A DNA stretch of 64,000 nucleotides from a virus, in IMG/VR virus record IMGVR_UViG_3300009081_000001, positions 23,060-87,059 of that record. One strand, written 5' to 3'. Positions 39,157 to 49,900 of the stretch are shown here, in pieces (the first letter of the stretch is position 1; each line of letters opens with the position of its first letter). The notes under the pieces are model-generated. The model saw only the letters and a program-made list of their open reading frames with translations, was not told the DNA's origin and made no database searches. A program made the position numbers and the translations under genes.

Positions 39157-39342
39157 ATGGACCGTCCCTTAACGGCAGGCGAAGCAGCGAAGAAGCTAGG
39201 CTACCACGTCGAGCACCTATACCGTCTCTTGAAGAAGGGCAAGGTACTCGGTGAGAAGGTAGGGCGGCAGTGGTTCATAGCACCCGAAGAGGTTCAGAGG
39301 GTGCTGTTAGAGAAGGAGATGTGGGGAGGGAAGTTGCCATGA
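39157..39342 (+). CDS. Excisionase-like HTH (HTH_17) protein
   Basis: LTAGEAAKKLGYHVEHLYRLLKKGKV.GEKVGRQWFI. Confidence 0.8.
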   Translation: MDRPLTAGEAAKKLGYHVEHLYRLLKKGKVLGEKVGRQWFIAPEEVQRVLLEKEMWGGKLP

Positions 39343-39920
39343 GTTTTGCGGGGCTGTTACTTGCTCTAGCAGGGAGCATTATCACATTCTTTGGCCTGTT
39401 GTTAATCCCGATTTCTGCTGCCAGTTTTGCAGAATCAGGATGGGGCGGTATAGCAGTAGGCGTGGGCCTCTCTGTCTGCGGTGTCGTCTGTCTATTGTTC
39501 GGAATTGGCCTGTTGAACATGACACAGGAAGGGTAGGGCTCTTTTTTATGGCTATCAGGGTTGGTTCAAGCCAACATAATGTAGTCACTGTAGAGCAGGG
39601 CACCTATGAGGGACTAGACTACCTTATCCGCTTGGGGATGCAGTTTGACTGGATCTCCCCGACGCTGGCAATCATGCAGGACGTGGCAAATGGTGGCAGT
39701 AGGACATTCCTGATTCCGCTCAACTGTGGGTGGACGGGTAGGGAGATAGACAGGCTGTTGAAGAGGCACGGCATCAAGACGTGGGGGCTCATGGCAATCA
39801 GCGACGTGTTTCTCATCAGCGTCCACAAGACGCAGGGCAAACAAGCCCTACGGGTGTTGATTCGGGCAGGATTGGGCTAGTCAGGAAGTGGATCGCTTAT
39901 CAAGATGAAGGGTACACACT

Positions 39921-40616
39921 ATGACTGAACGGTATACCAAAGTAGGCGCGTGGTTGCACGAGCAAGTCACTCCCTTTCGGGTGTTGTACTTCTCCGTGGC
40001 TCTTTACACTCTAAGGCATAGCGCCATAGGCTTTGCAACGATAGAGCAGAGAGAGGGTGTAGACCTATGGGCCTGGCTTGCAGCCCTCATCCTCGACATC
40101 GGCATGTTGCTGGCAGCGGAGAGGCTGAGGACCACGCGATCCAACTGGCTCATCCTGGGCCTTGCCCTATCTGCCCTGGGTAGTGCATACACGCAACTCC
40201 TATTCGGTGTGACGAACGCTAAGAGTGTAGTGATTGCACCGGGCGCAACATGGGCAACTACCTTTGCAACATGGATTATCGAGAAGAGAGTAGTGATCCT
40301 GCCTGTGCTTATGCCTGTGCTAGTAGTGGTGTATGCCTTTGCAAGCAAGGCGCGGGCTATCATTTCCGTCGGAAATGAAGAGGGTGAGGAATATACCTGG
40401 GTATACATCAAGAAGGAAACTCCTGCACTTTCCGACGGAAATGAGGAAACACCGATGTTGCCCGAGGAAACACCCGTACTTTCCAATGGGCACAGCAAGA
40501 AGAAACTTGTACAGACACTAAGGAACATGCACCCTACATGGACACATAAGCAGCTTGCAGAGAAAGCGGGATGCAGTGTAGGTACAGTGAGCAAGGCAGT
40601 AAAGGAGATGGAATGA
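39921..40616 (+). CDS. Multi-pass membrane protein with C-terminal HTH (DUF2637/SpdA-like architecture)
   Basis: About four hydrophobic helices then WTHKQLAEKAGCSVGTVSK. Confidence 0.6.
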   Translation: MTERYTKVGAWLHEQVTPFRVLYFSVALYTLRHSAIGFATIEQREGVDLWAWLAALILDIGMLLAAERLRTTRSNWLILGLALSALGSAYTQLLFGVTNAKSVVIAPGATWATTFATWIIEKRVVILPVLMPVLVVVYAFASKARAIISVGNEEGEEYTWVYIKKETPALSDGNEETPMLPEETPVLSNGHSKKKLVQTLRNMHPTWTHKQLAEKAGCSVGTVSKAVKEME

Positions 40617-40873
40617 GTGAGATAGTGATATCCTGGCTGCGGCAGGACCAACCCGAGGCGCTAGCGATAGTATATGAGTTCGGAAGGCTCTCCACACCGA
40701 TAGCCATTCTCAAGGAGTCTACCTTGAGAGAAGCACTTGAGCGGCTGGACCGAGAACGCAAGAATGCCGACCTGGAAGCCTGACCCTGATCCAGATAGGA
40801 TCTTCAAGTACATCGCAATCGCAATCCCTGTGGTTGCGGTGCTGGTGGCAGCGATACTGAGGTTGTTACTGCT

Positions 40874-41515
40874 ATGGCAACAATAAAGGTTATCCAAGAC
40901 GCACCCGAGGACTTGAACAAAGACGGGAAGATCACGCTAGGAGAGCGCGTTACTGCTGCCTGTATCATGTGGCTCGTCGTGTTCATCGGCCTCAACATCA
41001 TCTACTGGAGCATCGTTGCCCTGCTAGAAGTCGAGAACCCACTAGGAGCCTGGGGTAGATGGCTGGCAGTGTTCGCCTTGCTGGATACCATTGCAACCAT
41101 CAGCATTGCCGTGTGGCGTCTGGTGTGGATCGAGCGAGACTACAAGCACGAACGAATAGAGCAGGAGCGACGCTGGAAGCGGGAGGATTGGGAGTTTGAC
41201 CAGATGCGGGGTACTGCTACGGCACCGGATACCGGGAAGCGCAGCGAGGCATGGAAGTATGACTACTACGCCATGATGTACCTTAAGAGATACTTCCGGG
41301 GTATAGACATTACCAGGGCTCAATGGGAGAAGGATGGTTTGCCCGTAGAGTGGTGGAACAACGTCAACGCCAAGCTGCAAGAGCGCCAAATCCGCCGAGG
41401 CAAGAACAAGGCTCTGGAGTATGAGACATACGGAGAGGCATGGGAGGCGTGGCTTGAGGCTAACATGAAAGCACACACACTTGAGCGGAGGGGAAACGAC
41501 TTTGTTCCAAAGTAA
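40874..41515 (+). CDS. Membrane protein (two TM helices plus soluble domain)
   Basis: Two hydrophobic segments. Confidence 0.65.
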   Translation: MATIKVIQDAPEDLNKDGKITLGERVTAACIMWLVVFIGLNIIYWSIVALLEVENPLGAWGRWLAVFALLDTIATISIAVWRLVWIERDYKHERIEQERRWKREDWEFDQMRGTATAPDTGKRSEAWKYDYYAMMYLKRYFRGIDITRAQWEKDGLPVEWWNNVNAKLQERQIRRGKNKALEYETYGEAWEAWLEANMKAHTLERRGNDFVPK

Positions 41516-42160
41516 AAGCCCCCTACTCTCTCACGGTCTGTCGGGATGGTAAATCCCCTAGTACCGTGGGTTTACGACCACCAAGGGGAGACTGGGCATG
41601 AAGAAGATTGCCGCACTTCCCCACTGAGTAAGGTTCTCGATGATGATTTCCGACGGAAATAGAGCACGAGAGAGAACGAGAGCAAGAAGGAGATTACAAA
41701 TGTCACTCGCAAGCAAGGAATTGACGGCCAAGATTCTGGACTTCTATTTCATCAAGCCCGATGAGGAAATCCATTTCAAGCGCGACTTCTACAGCCTATG
41801 GAATGATATATGGCACATTTGGGTATATGATGCAGGCGGGCGGCGTAGGGCCGGAATGTTCGCTGATCCCAGGTACTTTGCTAATCCCTGGCGGCGGGCA
41901 TGGTACACCCTTCTCCGCTGGAGGCCGTGGGCAATAGCCCTAATGCTGCTGCCCTTGCTCCTGGTGCTGTGGTCTTAGAGTGGAACCAGATCCGATCTCG
42001 CCCGACGATCCGATTTGGCGGGGTATCGGCTACGTGTTCCTTGTGGCCCAACTGGCGCTGGCCGTTTACCTGTATCAGTACAGCGCCGTGGTCACATGGA
42101 TAATGGTAGGCTGCACTGTGGCGTGGGGTGCAATAATTCTATTCTCTAAGGAGGAAATAG

Positions 42161-42367
42161 ATGGGACAGCTACACATCATAGATGGGACCGGGCATACGG
42201 TTATTCCGTGGGATGCGCGGGACGTGACTACAGTAGACACGGCCAAGCGGATATTCGCACAGGCACTACTCGAAGGACGCCTGGCGATTGGGGATGGGAA
42301 GATAATGCACAAGTTCGACTCTTCGGTCAAGAGAGTGACCCTGATAGCCCCACAGGCAGGGGGCTGA
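42161..42367 (+). CDS. Small protein ending in Gly-Gly
   Basis: AAGGAGG RBS; 68 aa ending IAPQAGG; lies inside ORF 41980-42618 in another frame. Confidence 0.65.
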   Translation: MGQLHIIDGTGHTVIPWDARDVTTVDTAKRIFAQALLEGRLAIGDGKIMHKFDSSVKRVTLIAPQAGG

Positions 42368-43322
42368 GACTCCTGCTGGCAAACCTGGACCGGCACCAGA
42401 GGGCAGAGTGGTTGCGGTCTAGGCAGATCACGGTCATCGGCTCATTGGGTGGCGTGTACAGATGTAAGCACAACTTTGTTTACCGTGGTGGTGTTGGGTA
42501 TTGCCTGCAACCGACAATACCCATACCGGAACCAGATGCAGTGCTATGCCGGGTGCTGCTACTCCAGGCAGACGAGACGGAGTTCTTGAAGAGGGCAAAC
42601 AAGCTAAATGGCTGGTAGGTAGACATAATGGGAAAGAAAGAAGAAAGTGGATTCTCCATAGACCTGGGCAACACCCAATTTGCAATATGGGGGTGGGTGT
42701 TCGGTGCGCTGGCCGTAGCTATCGCCCTGGCTGCACTAATGCTGACTGCTGCCCTATCCACCGGCATCCTTTTCATATCTGGCGGCATCGGTGGGGGGCT
42801 GTTCATCATCTGCGTTGGCAAGGCAACGGAGAGCATCATAGACGCCAAGGCCCGTAGGGATTACTTGAGGCTGCGGGGCAACGCCGAGATCCTTGCAGCC
42901 AGGAAGAACGGCCATCTATCCGGGCACCCCGATTACAAGCTGCTGCAGGGTAGGAAACGTGAATGAGACAGGAGTGTTTATGACAGGGATGCTCATAGGC
43001 TATTGCGGTGGGGCAGTGGTCCGGTTGTTCGTGAGATTGTTTCGTCAAAGTGCGATTTGACGAAAGATGGTTCGCATAATATATCATATCGGAAGCAATT
43101 CACAGAAGCCATGAGATAGCATACAGGGACATAAATAGCGCATAGAACAAGGGGGTATTTGGTCAATGAGAAAGAAAAGATTTGACTTGCTCGATCTGGC
43201 ATTCCTGTTACTGCTGCTTACCATTGGTGCGGCCATGTTGTTGTTCTCGCTGTCTGCTACGCCCGGTGGGGCAATATCTGGTAGGCTACCTTATGTCGAG
43301 TTATGGCCCTTCACTTTGCAAC

Positions 43323-43352
43323 TTGACATCAGGCTTGTGAACGTGGTATAAT
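43323..43352 (+). promoter_or_regulatory. sigma70 promoter
   Basis: TTGACA-18-TATAAT with TG extension. Confidence 0.7.
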
Positions 43353-43399
43353 GGTTCTGTACTGTGATGGTTCGCTCAAGATCACGAAAGGAGTGGAAA

Positions 43400-44440
43400 A
43401 TGAGCGATGAGTTGTTTCCTCAGCCGGTTCCTATCGTTGTCCTCACTGGAGAATATGAGAGTGGTAAGACTCTCGCAATTCTCACTACAGGCTACCCCAT
43501 TGAGAGGGTACTGCTATACGACCTGGAGATCAGTTCGGAAACCTACCACGGCGAGGGTGCCAAGTGGACAAGGGTGGACCCGATCAGCCAGCTATCCGAG
43601 GGTTGGAACAACCTACAGTTGTACGAGGCATGGGCCAAGCACGTCAGGACCATCCAGCCGGGCCAGTATGACGTGATTGGCATTGACCCAATCGAGCGCA
43701 TTGAGGCCGGTATCACCGATTGGACGCAGCGCCATCCCGAGTTCTTTGGGCACAGCGCCAACCAGTACCAGCGCATGAGTGGCTTGATGTGGGGAGACGT
43801 GAAAGACTTGTGGGCACGTCATATCTTGGATCTCAAGAGCAAGTGTCGCATGGTAATCCTCACGGCACACATGAGGAACATCTATCTGGACAACAAGCCC
43901 ACCGGCCAGCGGGAGCGCAAGGGGAAGGAAACCCTGTCCGAGCTGGCAACGCTAGAGCTGGAGCTTACCCGCGTTATCAAGGGAAAGAAGCAAGCCCTAC
44001 CCGCTGCCAAGGTGCTCAAGTCTCGCCTGCTGTATGGCGACTTGTCGGACCCCACTACTATCCGGCCCATGTTCGACCCCTGGATCAACCCGTTCTCTTG
44101 GGCCATCGTGCGTGACTATATGAACCACGGTGCAGACCCCGACAACCTCAAGACAGAACCAGGGCCTAGTCCCGAAGAGAAGGAGATGGAAAAGCTGCGG
44201 TTGCAAGCTACCATCGCCCAGGCCCACCTTGCGGGTATGGATAGCCCGTCTATCACTGGCAGCAATGGAGCCATGACCGGCGCAGAGTTCACGGCTTACG
44301 TTGAGAAGCAAGGCTGGTCAATGGATGAAGCCAAGGCCAGGCTGCTGGAGAAGTTTGGCCCTGGCTATAAGGACGACCTGGCACCCCAGTACATTGCATT
44401 CCTTACAGACTTCTATGCTGCTACAGGAGGGAACGCATGA
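43400..44440 (+). CDS. AAA_24/Sak4-like P-loop ATPase (recombination-associated)
   Basis: Walker A GEYESGKT, DLE, VIGIDP, ILTAH. Confidence 0.75.
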   Translation: MSDELFPQPVPIVVLTGEYESGKTLAILTTGYPIERVLLYDLEISSETYHGEGAKWTRVDPISQLSEGWNNLQLYEAWAKHVRTIQPGQYDVIGIDPIERIEAGITDWTQRHPEFFGHSANQYQRMSGLMWGDVKDLWARHILDLKSKCRMVILTAHMRNIYLDNKPTGQRERKGKETLSELATLELELTRVIKGKKQALPAAKVLKSRLLYGDLSDPTTIRPMFDPWINPFSWAIVRDYMNHGADPDNLKTEPGPSPEEKEMEKLRLQATIAQAHLAGMDSPSITGSNGAMTGAEFTAYVEKQGWSMDEAKARLLEKFGPGYKDDLAPQYIAFLTDFYAATGGNA

Positions 44441-44955
44441 AGCACAAGCTGTACTTCTTCCTGGCTCTGTTCATCCTCTTCGCGCCCAAGTGTGCGCCAA
44501 CCGATCTACCGGCACCAGCCGCCATCATTACGCTGCTGTTCGGCAGCTAACAACGGATTGCATAGGAGAGGATAACAGAATGGATCAACCAACTCTTTTT
44601 GAAGCGCCCGTATCGTGCCCGCGTTGTGGGCAACTCTGCACAACGTCCCAGCCGACAGGCAAGGATGTACGCTTTATGCAGAGGGTGACGAAAGTTAGCC
44701 CGACCGCCATGTGTGCAACCTGCGCCATGACTGCCTTTATCAAATCGGTTGAGACGTTTCGTTATGGTATCGAGCGAAACGGTGTGCGGATGTTCCTTGA
44801 CCCAATGGTGCAAGGGCAATTCGCGGCGCTCTTACAGGGCTATGGCGACGCTACGCCGGGAGAGATCAACTGGCAGGCGTTGGTTGAAAACTGGGATTTG
44901 CCCATGCCAAGCAGCAAGTCCCGTAGCAGCAAGTGATGAGTTGTAGCTAGAACCA

Positions 44956-44987
44956 GAGGGCCGGGGGTGGAGTCCCGGCCCTCTTTC
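44956..44987. terminator. Terminator between convergent early and late operons
   Basis: AGAGGGCCGGG...CCCGGCCCTCT followed by TTC. Confidence 0.75.
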
Positions 44988-45004
44988 ATTTCCGACGGAA
45001 ATGG

Positions 45005-45229
45005 TTAGTGCTGAAAGTTGCCCGCCGCCTTGGCCTGGCCGTCCTCATAGCCAATCGCCACAATGACAGCCACCCACACCGGCTGCTGAATGCCGATCAT
45101 AAACAACACATCTTCTGCAATAGCAGGGGAGGCGTACTTGCCCACGAAGTAGACGACCGTGTTGATAGCCACGTCCAGCAGCAGCAGCAGAAACTTGCGC
45201 GACCGAAACAACGCCTTAATTGGATTCAT
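45005..45229 (-). CDS. Putative holin
   Basis: 74 aa, LFRSRKF start and two TM helices, last gene of the late operon. Confidence 0.65.
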   Translation of the reverse strand: MNPIKALFRSRKFLLLLLDVAINTVVYFVGKYASPAIAEDVLFMIGIQQPVWVAVIVAIGYEDGQAKAAGNFQH

Positions 45230-46142
45230 CCTGTTCTCTCCTTGGGTTGAGCCAAAAGGCCCAGTCTGTCCTATCTTTCGGGAACGGATACCAGTACCCA
45301 TTCCTCAACACCCAAAAGCCACTCACCCACTTGGGATGTCTGGTTGTGCCGTTGACCGTCTTGTAGTACCGTGTCTCTGGCCTGGTACAATGGCCCAGGT
45401 CAATGGCAACGTGCTTGCCGTCCTTGGTGAAATTCATAGAGAAGTGATGCGTATGCCCGCCTGCCACGTCGCACTGCTCTATCTCCGCTCTATCCCTGGC
45501 TACACTACCCGGCACCTTGGCATACGCGCCAAAGTGCTCTACCCTGGCACCCTGTATGGTCATCCACTTATAGAAAGAGATATCCAGGTTGCCCAGGTCT
45601 GCCCACTTATCCTGCATCATCTGAAAGAAGCCCCACTCCCGCTGTCTCGTACCCCTCTGCTCATGGTTCCCCTTGATGATGCAGATCCTCTTGAAGTGCT
45701 GAAACAGCCCCTCCAGTACCCGGCCCCCATCCTGCAGAGAGTCCTCCATTGTGTAGCGGCTGCCCTCGTCGGTGTCCTCTGAGGGCCAGTGTCCCAAGGC
45801 ATCACAGGCCAGCAAGTCACCCGCGATGACTAGTGTTTCTATTCCAAACAGCTTTCCGACGGAAACGGCGTACCCCAGTAATTCCGCGTCGTGATAGGGA
45901 ATCTCTAAGTCGCTGATGATCACGGCGTTTTCGTCTAGCTCTATCGCGTCGTCGTAGCTTCGGCATTGTCCTGTCCTGATACCGGGCCACCACAGGAGCC
46001 TTCCCTTGCGGTAGCAATCCAAACGCCATTCCTTGATAGTACTCGGTGCTCGGTCGTACTTATCGCACAGCTCATAGATATCGAGACGCGAACAATCCGC
46101 TATGAACTGCGCTTCCACGTCTTCCGGGCATTTACCAGCCAT
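45216..46142 (-). CDS. Calcineurin-like metallophosphoesterase with N-terminal HTH-like segment
   Basis: ISDLE, AGD, GNHE, GHTH motifs. Confidence 0.85.
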   Translation of the reverse strand: MAGKCPEDVEAQFIADCSRLDIYELCDKYDRAPSTIKEWRLDCYRKGRLLWWPGIRTGQCRSYDDAIELDENAVIISDLEIPYHDAELLGYAVSVGKLFGIETLVIAGDLLACDALGHWPSEDTDEGSRYTMEDSLQDGGRVLEGLFQHFKRICIIKGNHEQRGTRQREWGFFQMMQDKWADLGNLDISFYKWMTIQGARVEHFGAYAKVPGSVARDRAEIEQCDVAGGHTHHFSMNFTKDGKHVAIDLGHCTRPETRYYKTVNGTTRHPKWVSGFWVLRNGYWYPFPKDRTDWAFWLNPRREQDESN

Positions 46143-46146
46143 CGCG

Positions 46147-46773
46147 CTACCGCATCAGGCCGATGATGGTGTCTAGCTTCTGGAAGAGGGTGAGCCACCG
46201 TGCATCTACCGTAGGTGGTTCTTCTGGTGGGAGTACATCATCGACAAACTGTTGTAGGATCACGTCAAAGTGATCGTGGTTTGTGTGTCCCAACATGCCC
46301 AGGTGATAGACTACATCGGTATTCTGCCCGTACACCCAGGTTGCATGAGGGCCAACACGCCTATTGGGATCGTCGCCATAGGGCCAGTAATACGCACCCT
46401 TGCCCATCCCAAAGCCGGTATCACCATTCAGGTTAGTCCAGCCGGTCACTGCCCGCCCTGGCCTCACGTCTGCCGGGAGCCCATTGGTAGGGGCAGCACT
46501 GGAGTCAAGGTCTGCGTCGGGCCAGTACCAGGCCACCTTCATCATGTCTACCGGCCTGCCACTGGCATCCAGCACCTTGACGATAAGGGTAGTGCTTGCC
46601 ATCGGTGAGGCAGAGATGCGCTGTGTTGATTCGTCCTTCACTTCCTGCAACAGCACACAACGAAAGCCCACTCCTGGCCCCTTGGGATAGATAGCAATGT
46701 CTCCGTAGTTCTCTTTGAGCCATTGCCAATCCTTCTCATTCCCATCCCTGTCAAGAATCCGTGGTAGTGTCAC
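46147..46773 (-). CDS. Hypothetical protein (possible Ig-like fold)
   Basis: GTG start with AGGAGG RBS; VKVLDASGRPV...TNLNGDTGF. Confidence 0.55.
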   Translation of the reverse strand: MTLPRILDRDGNEKDWQWLKENYGDIAIYPKGPGVGFRCVLLQEVKDESTQRISASPMASTTLIVKVLDASGRPVDMMKVAWYWPDADLDSSAAPTNGLPADVRPGRAVTGWTNLNGDTGFGMGKGAYYWPYGDDPNRRVGPHATWVYGQNTDVVYHLGMLGHTNHDHFDVILQQFVDDVLPPEEPPTVDARWLTLFQKLDTIIGLMR

Positions 46774-46972
46774 CCGTTTCCTCCTTGGTCGAGACGATAA
46801 AGATATCCGCCCCGCGTTGCTGTAGATTTCCGTCGGAAATGCCCGCCTCTTTGGCATAGGACTTCTGCAAGCGAATCATGGCCTTGTCGTACTTGGCGAG
46901 GATCCCATTCCTCTGGTCTACCAAGGCCGTGACCGTCAACACTTCTTCTTCCGTCAACTGATACTCTTTCAT
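46751..46972 (-). CDS. Small hypothetical protein
   Basis: GGAG RBS; follows the tail fibre gene. Confidence 0.6.
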   Translation of the reverse strand: MKEYQLTEEEVLTVTALVDQRNGILAKYDKAMIRLQKSYAKEAGISDGNLQQRGADIFIVSTKEETGDTTTDS

Positions 46973-46982
46973 GTTTCTCTCC

Positions 46983-49900
46983 TTATACTTTGTCTACCGC
47001 TACCCGGTAGGCGGCTCCGTTTATCGTTACTGTCAGGTATCCGTCAGGGGTTGGGGCACCCGCCGTATAGCCACCCAATTCCCACTTGGTTGTGCCCTGG
47101 TCCGTACTCAAGACGCCAGAGCAATATAGATCGCCAGTAATGTCTACGTCACCCAACATCGTGATAGTGGTCCCAACGCCATCCTCCGTTGTTAGCTTGA
47201 TATAGCCGATGTTAGAGTTCGTTGACGTTGAAAGCGCGACCTCTGTGTCGTATCCAGCCTCGTTTGTGAAGGCGAAGAGTTCGATGTTGGAATCTGCCTC
47301 ATACGATGCGCCCGTTGTCATATAAAGCGTCCTCTGATTGGCAAAGGGCGGCTCTGTCCGTATTACATAAATGCGTCCATGTATATCTGATCCATTTCGC
47401 CAGGAGCAGGTAGATGAGTGAGCATTAGAATCATTAAAGGCCAGGCCACCAGAGTTGAGGTTTACCGCCCCACCACCAGCAGCTATAGAACCATCGGTGT
47501 TAATGTAAGCCTGTGTTTCTCGTGGACTGCCACCCCGGAACAGAAGTTTCCCCGCGCTCTGGTCCCACAGGATAGAGGCTCTGTTCACGGAGTTGTCGCC
47601 AATGAGGATGTCACCCGCCTCCATCGCCTCTGCCGGTGAGCCATAGTTCTGCGCGTTGGCAAAGATAGCAATGGCCGTAGTAGCCACTGCCGATATGTCA
47701 GAGCCAAAGAATACGTCGCCGTCCGGTTGGATGGAAACGCTTTGAGCCCCACTGGTATATGCTTGGTATCCGCCCGCCGGGTCTATCTGGACACGAGCCC
47801 CACTAGCCGCCGAAGCAAGCCTAAACTTTGGCGTTCCCGCGTCAATTCCAAGCCACACACCTGCCCCCGCGCTGGACGTTACCCCATCCCCAATAGCAAG
47901 CCTGGTGCTGTTCATCTCAAGCCTGGTGCCACTGGTGCTTGAGGCTATGGCAAACTTCCCATCCAGAATGTAGATACCAGGGCTTGCCGTAGAGCCCGCA
48001 TCTACCAAGGGGCGCTGCAGGGCGTACATGGCTGCTACTTGGTCAGCGGTAAGAACGCTGCTGAGTGTAGCGATCTCTGAGATGGTCCCGCCAAGGTTCA
48101 GCGCCGTACCAACGATAGGCGTGTAGCCGATGCCAAGGTAGGTGCCTGCCGTCCAGCCCCCCCCACCACAGGTGCCCGTGTCTACCAACGCGCCGTCCAG
48201 ATAGAGGGTGCTCACGTCGCCGGCCACATTCCAGGTAAAGACGGCGCAATGCTCTGTGTTGGCAGTGATAGACCCCGCCGCGCTCGTGCAGCGCACGTCG
48301 GCATTGATCCGATACGAGATAGAGCCGTCGGCCACAACCCGCCCGTCAAACTCACTGTTGGCGTTGCCTAAGCACCAAAGCACACCACCAGACGGGTTTG
48401 CCAGGTCATTGATTTTGAACCAGACGATGACAGTACCGGCACTGGTATCTACTGTTCCACCAATGGGCGCTTGCACCGTATTCTCAACGCGAGTGGTTGT
48501 GCTGTTGTGCGCCGTGCCACTCCAGGTACACCAATTCATCGAGCCGATGGCAACCGTGGTCAGCCGCGTCACCTCCAGTTGCAAGCCGTCGGCATAGAAG
48601 GAATCGCCCGCCGTGGTAGACAACGAGCGAACGTCCACCCGCAGCGCCGTTCTATCTGCCCGCAAAACGGTATGCGTCACCCACACCCGCTGCCAGCGGG
48701 TCGAGGACAGAGTGACGGTGCCGATGGTCAATTCAGTGGCGGTTGCCCCGCCCGTCTCACGGATGATCACCTGTGCCGTATCGCCCGAGGTGCCCGCCGC
48801 AGCCCGCACGTAAGCCGAAAAGTAATAGACGGTGTTCTGAACGGGGTTTGTCACCGCCTCCGTGTTGTACATGATCGGTCCATCCCCGGTTGTGTCAGTC
48901 GTCAAGAGGAATGAGGCCCCATCGTACAGGTATTGGGCCGTACTCCTGGCCCGTGTGCCGTTGGCAATGGCCCACCAGTCCGTGACGTTCACCCCGGCAG
49001 AGGGGTTGGCTACGATGTTGGTGCAGCCCGCCTCGATCACGAGCCCACGAGTCCCGATCCACCTACCCTGAACCTGATGGAAGGCCCCGGTGATAGCCGC
49101 CGTCTGCCCTCTAGTAGATGCCCAGGTTGTGGCGCTCATCTCTCCATGCGGCCCCCACAACGCAAGGCCATTGGCCTGAGAGAAGAGGAATGAGCCAGAG
49201 TCCTCGCTGATTGCCAGCATGGAGAGCCACAAGTCACCGTCGCCGTATACCTTGAACCTAGCCCCTGACTCTGACGCACCAAGCCACAACAGGTTATCGC
49301 CATCCCCGGCGGTTGGGTCCAGCTCACCGCGCACGTTGCCCGCGCTATCAATCCAGTACTGATGCACCCCCTTTAAGGTAAGCTGCTGGTCTGACAGGAT
49401 AAGGTAGTTGTCGATGCTGGCATTGCTCAAGTCCGTAGAGGCTGCGATACCCCATTCCTCTGACAGCCCAAGCACTCCATTCAGGTTGCCCAGTCTTACC
49501 CTTGGGGTGATGGTAGGTGGATCGTAGCTTGGCCCCCATGAGCCCGTCTTGGTGTTGTCTACGGTAAAGATATCCAGGTAGGGAGCATATTGCAGATCGC
49601 TTGTGATCAGGATAGCCCCGGTATAGCCACTCACCTGGTCAACCTTGCACCACACCACACCGCTGGCCCCTTGGGGAATGGCAAGAGTAGCAACACCGCC
49701 CTTACGCCACACGCAGTTAACATCATAGGTGCCGGGATTGCCCTCAGTCAAGTCCCGGTCGCTATTGCTAGAGGGAACCCCATTCACTTCAAGGTACAAG
49801 TCCCAAAGGTCGAGCCCGGTCCCTGCCTCATCCCGCGCCATGAACTTGAGACGCAGTAGATCGTTGTTAGCGACGTAGCAAAGCCCCGTATCCCAGGATG

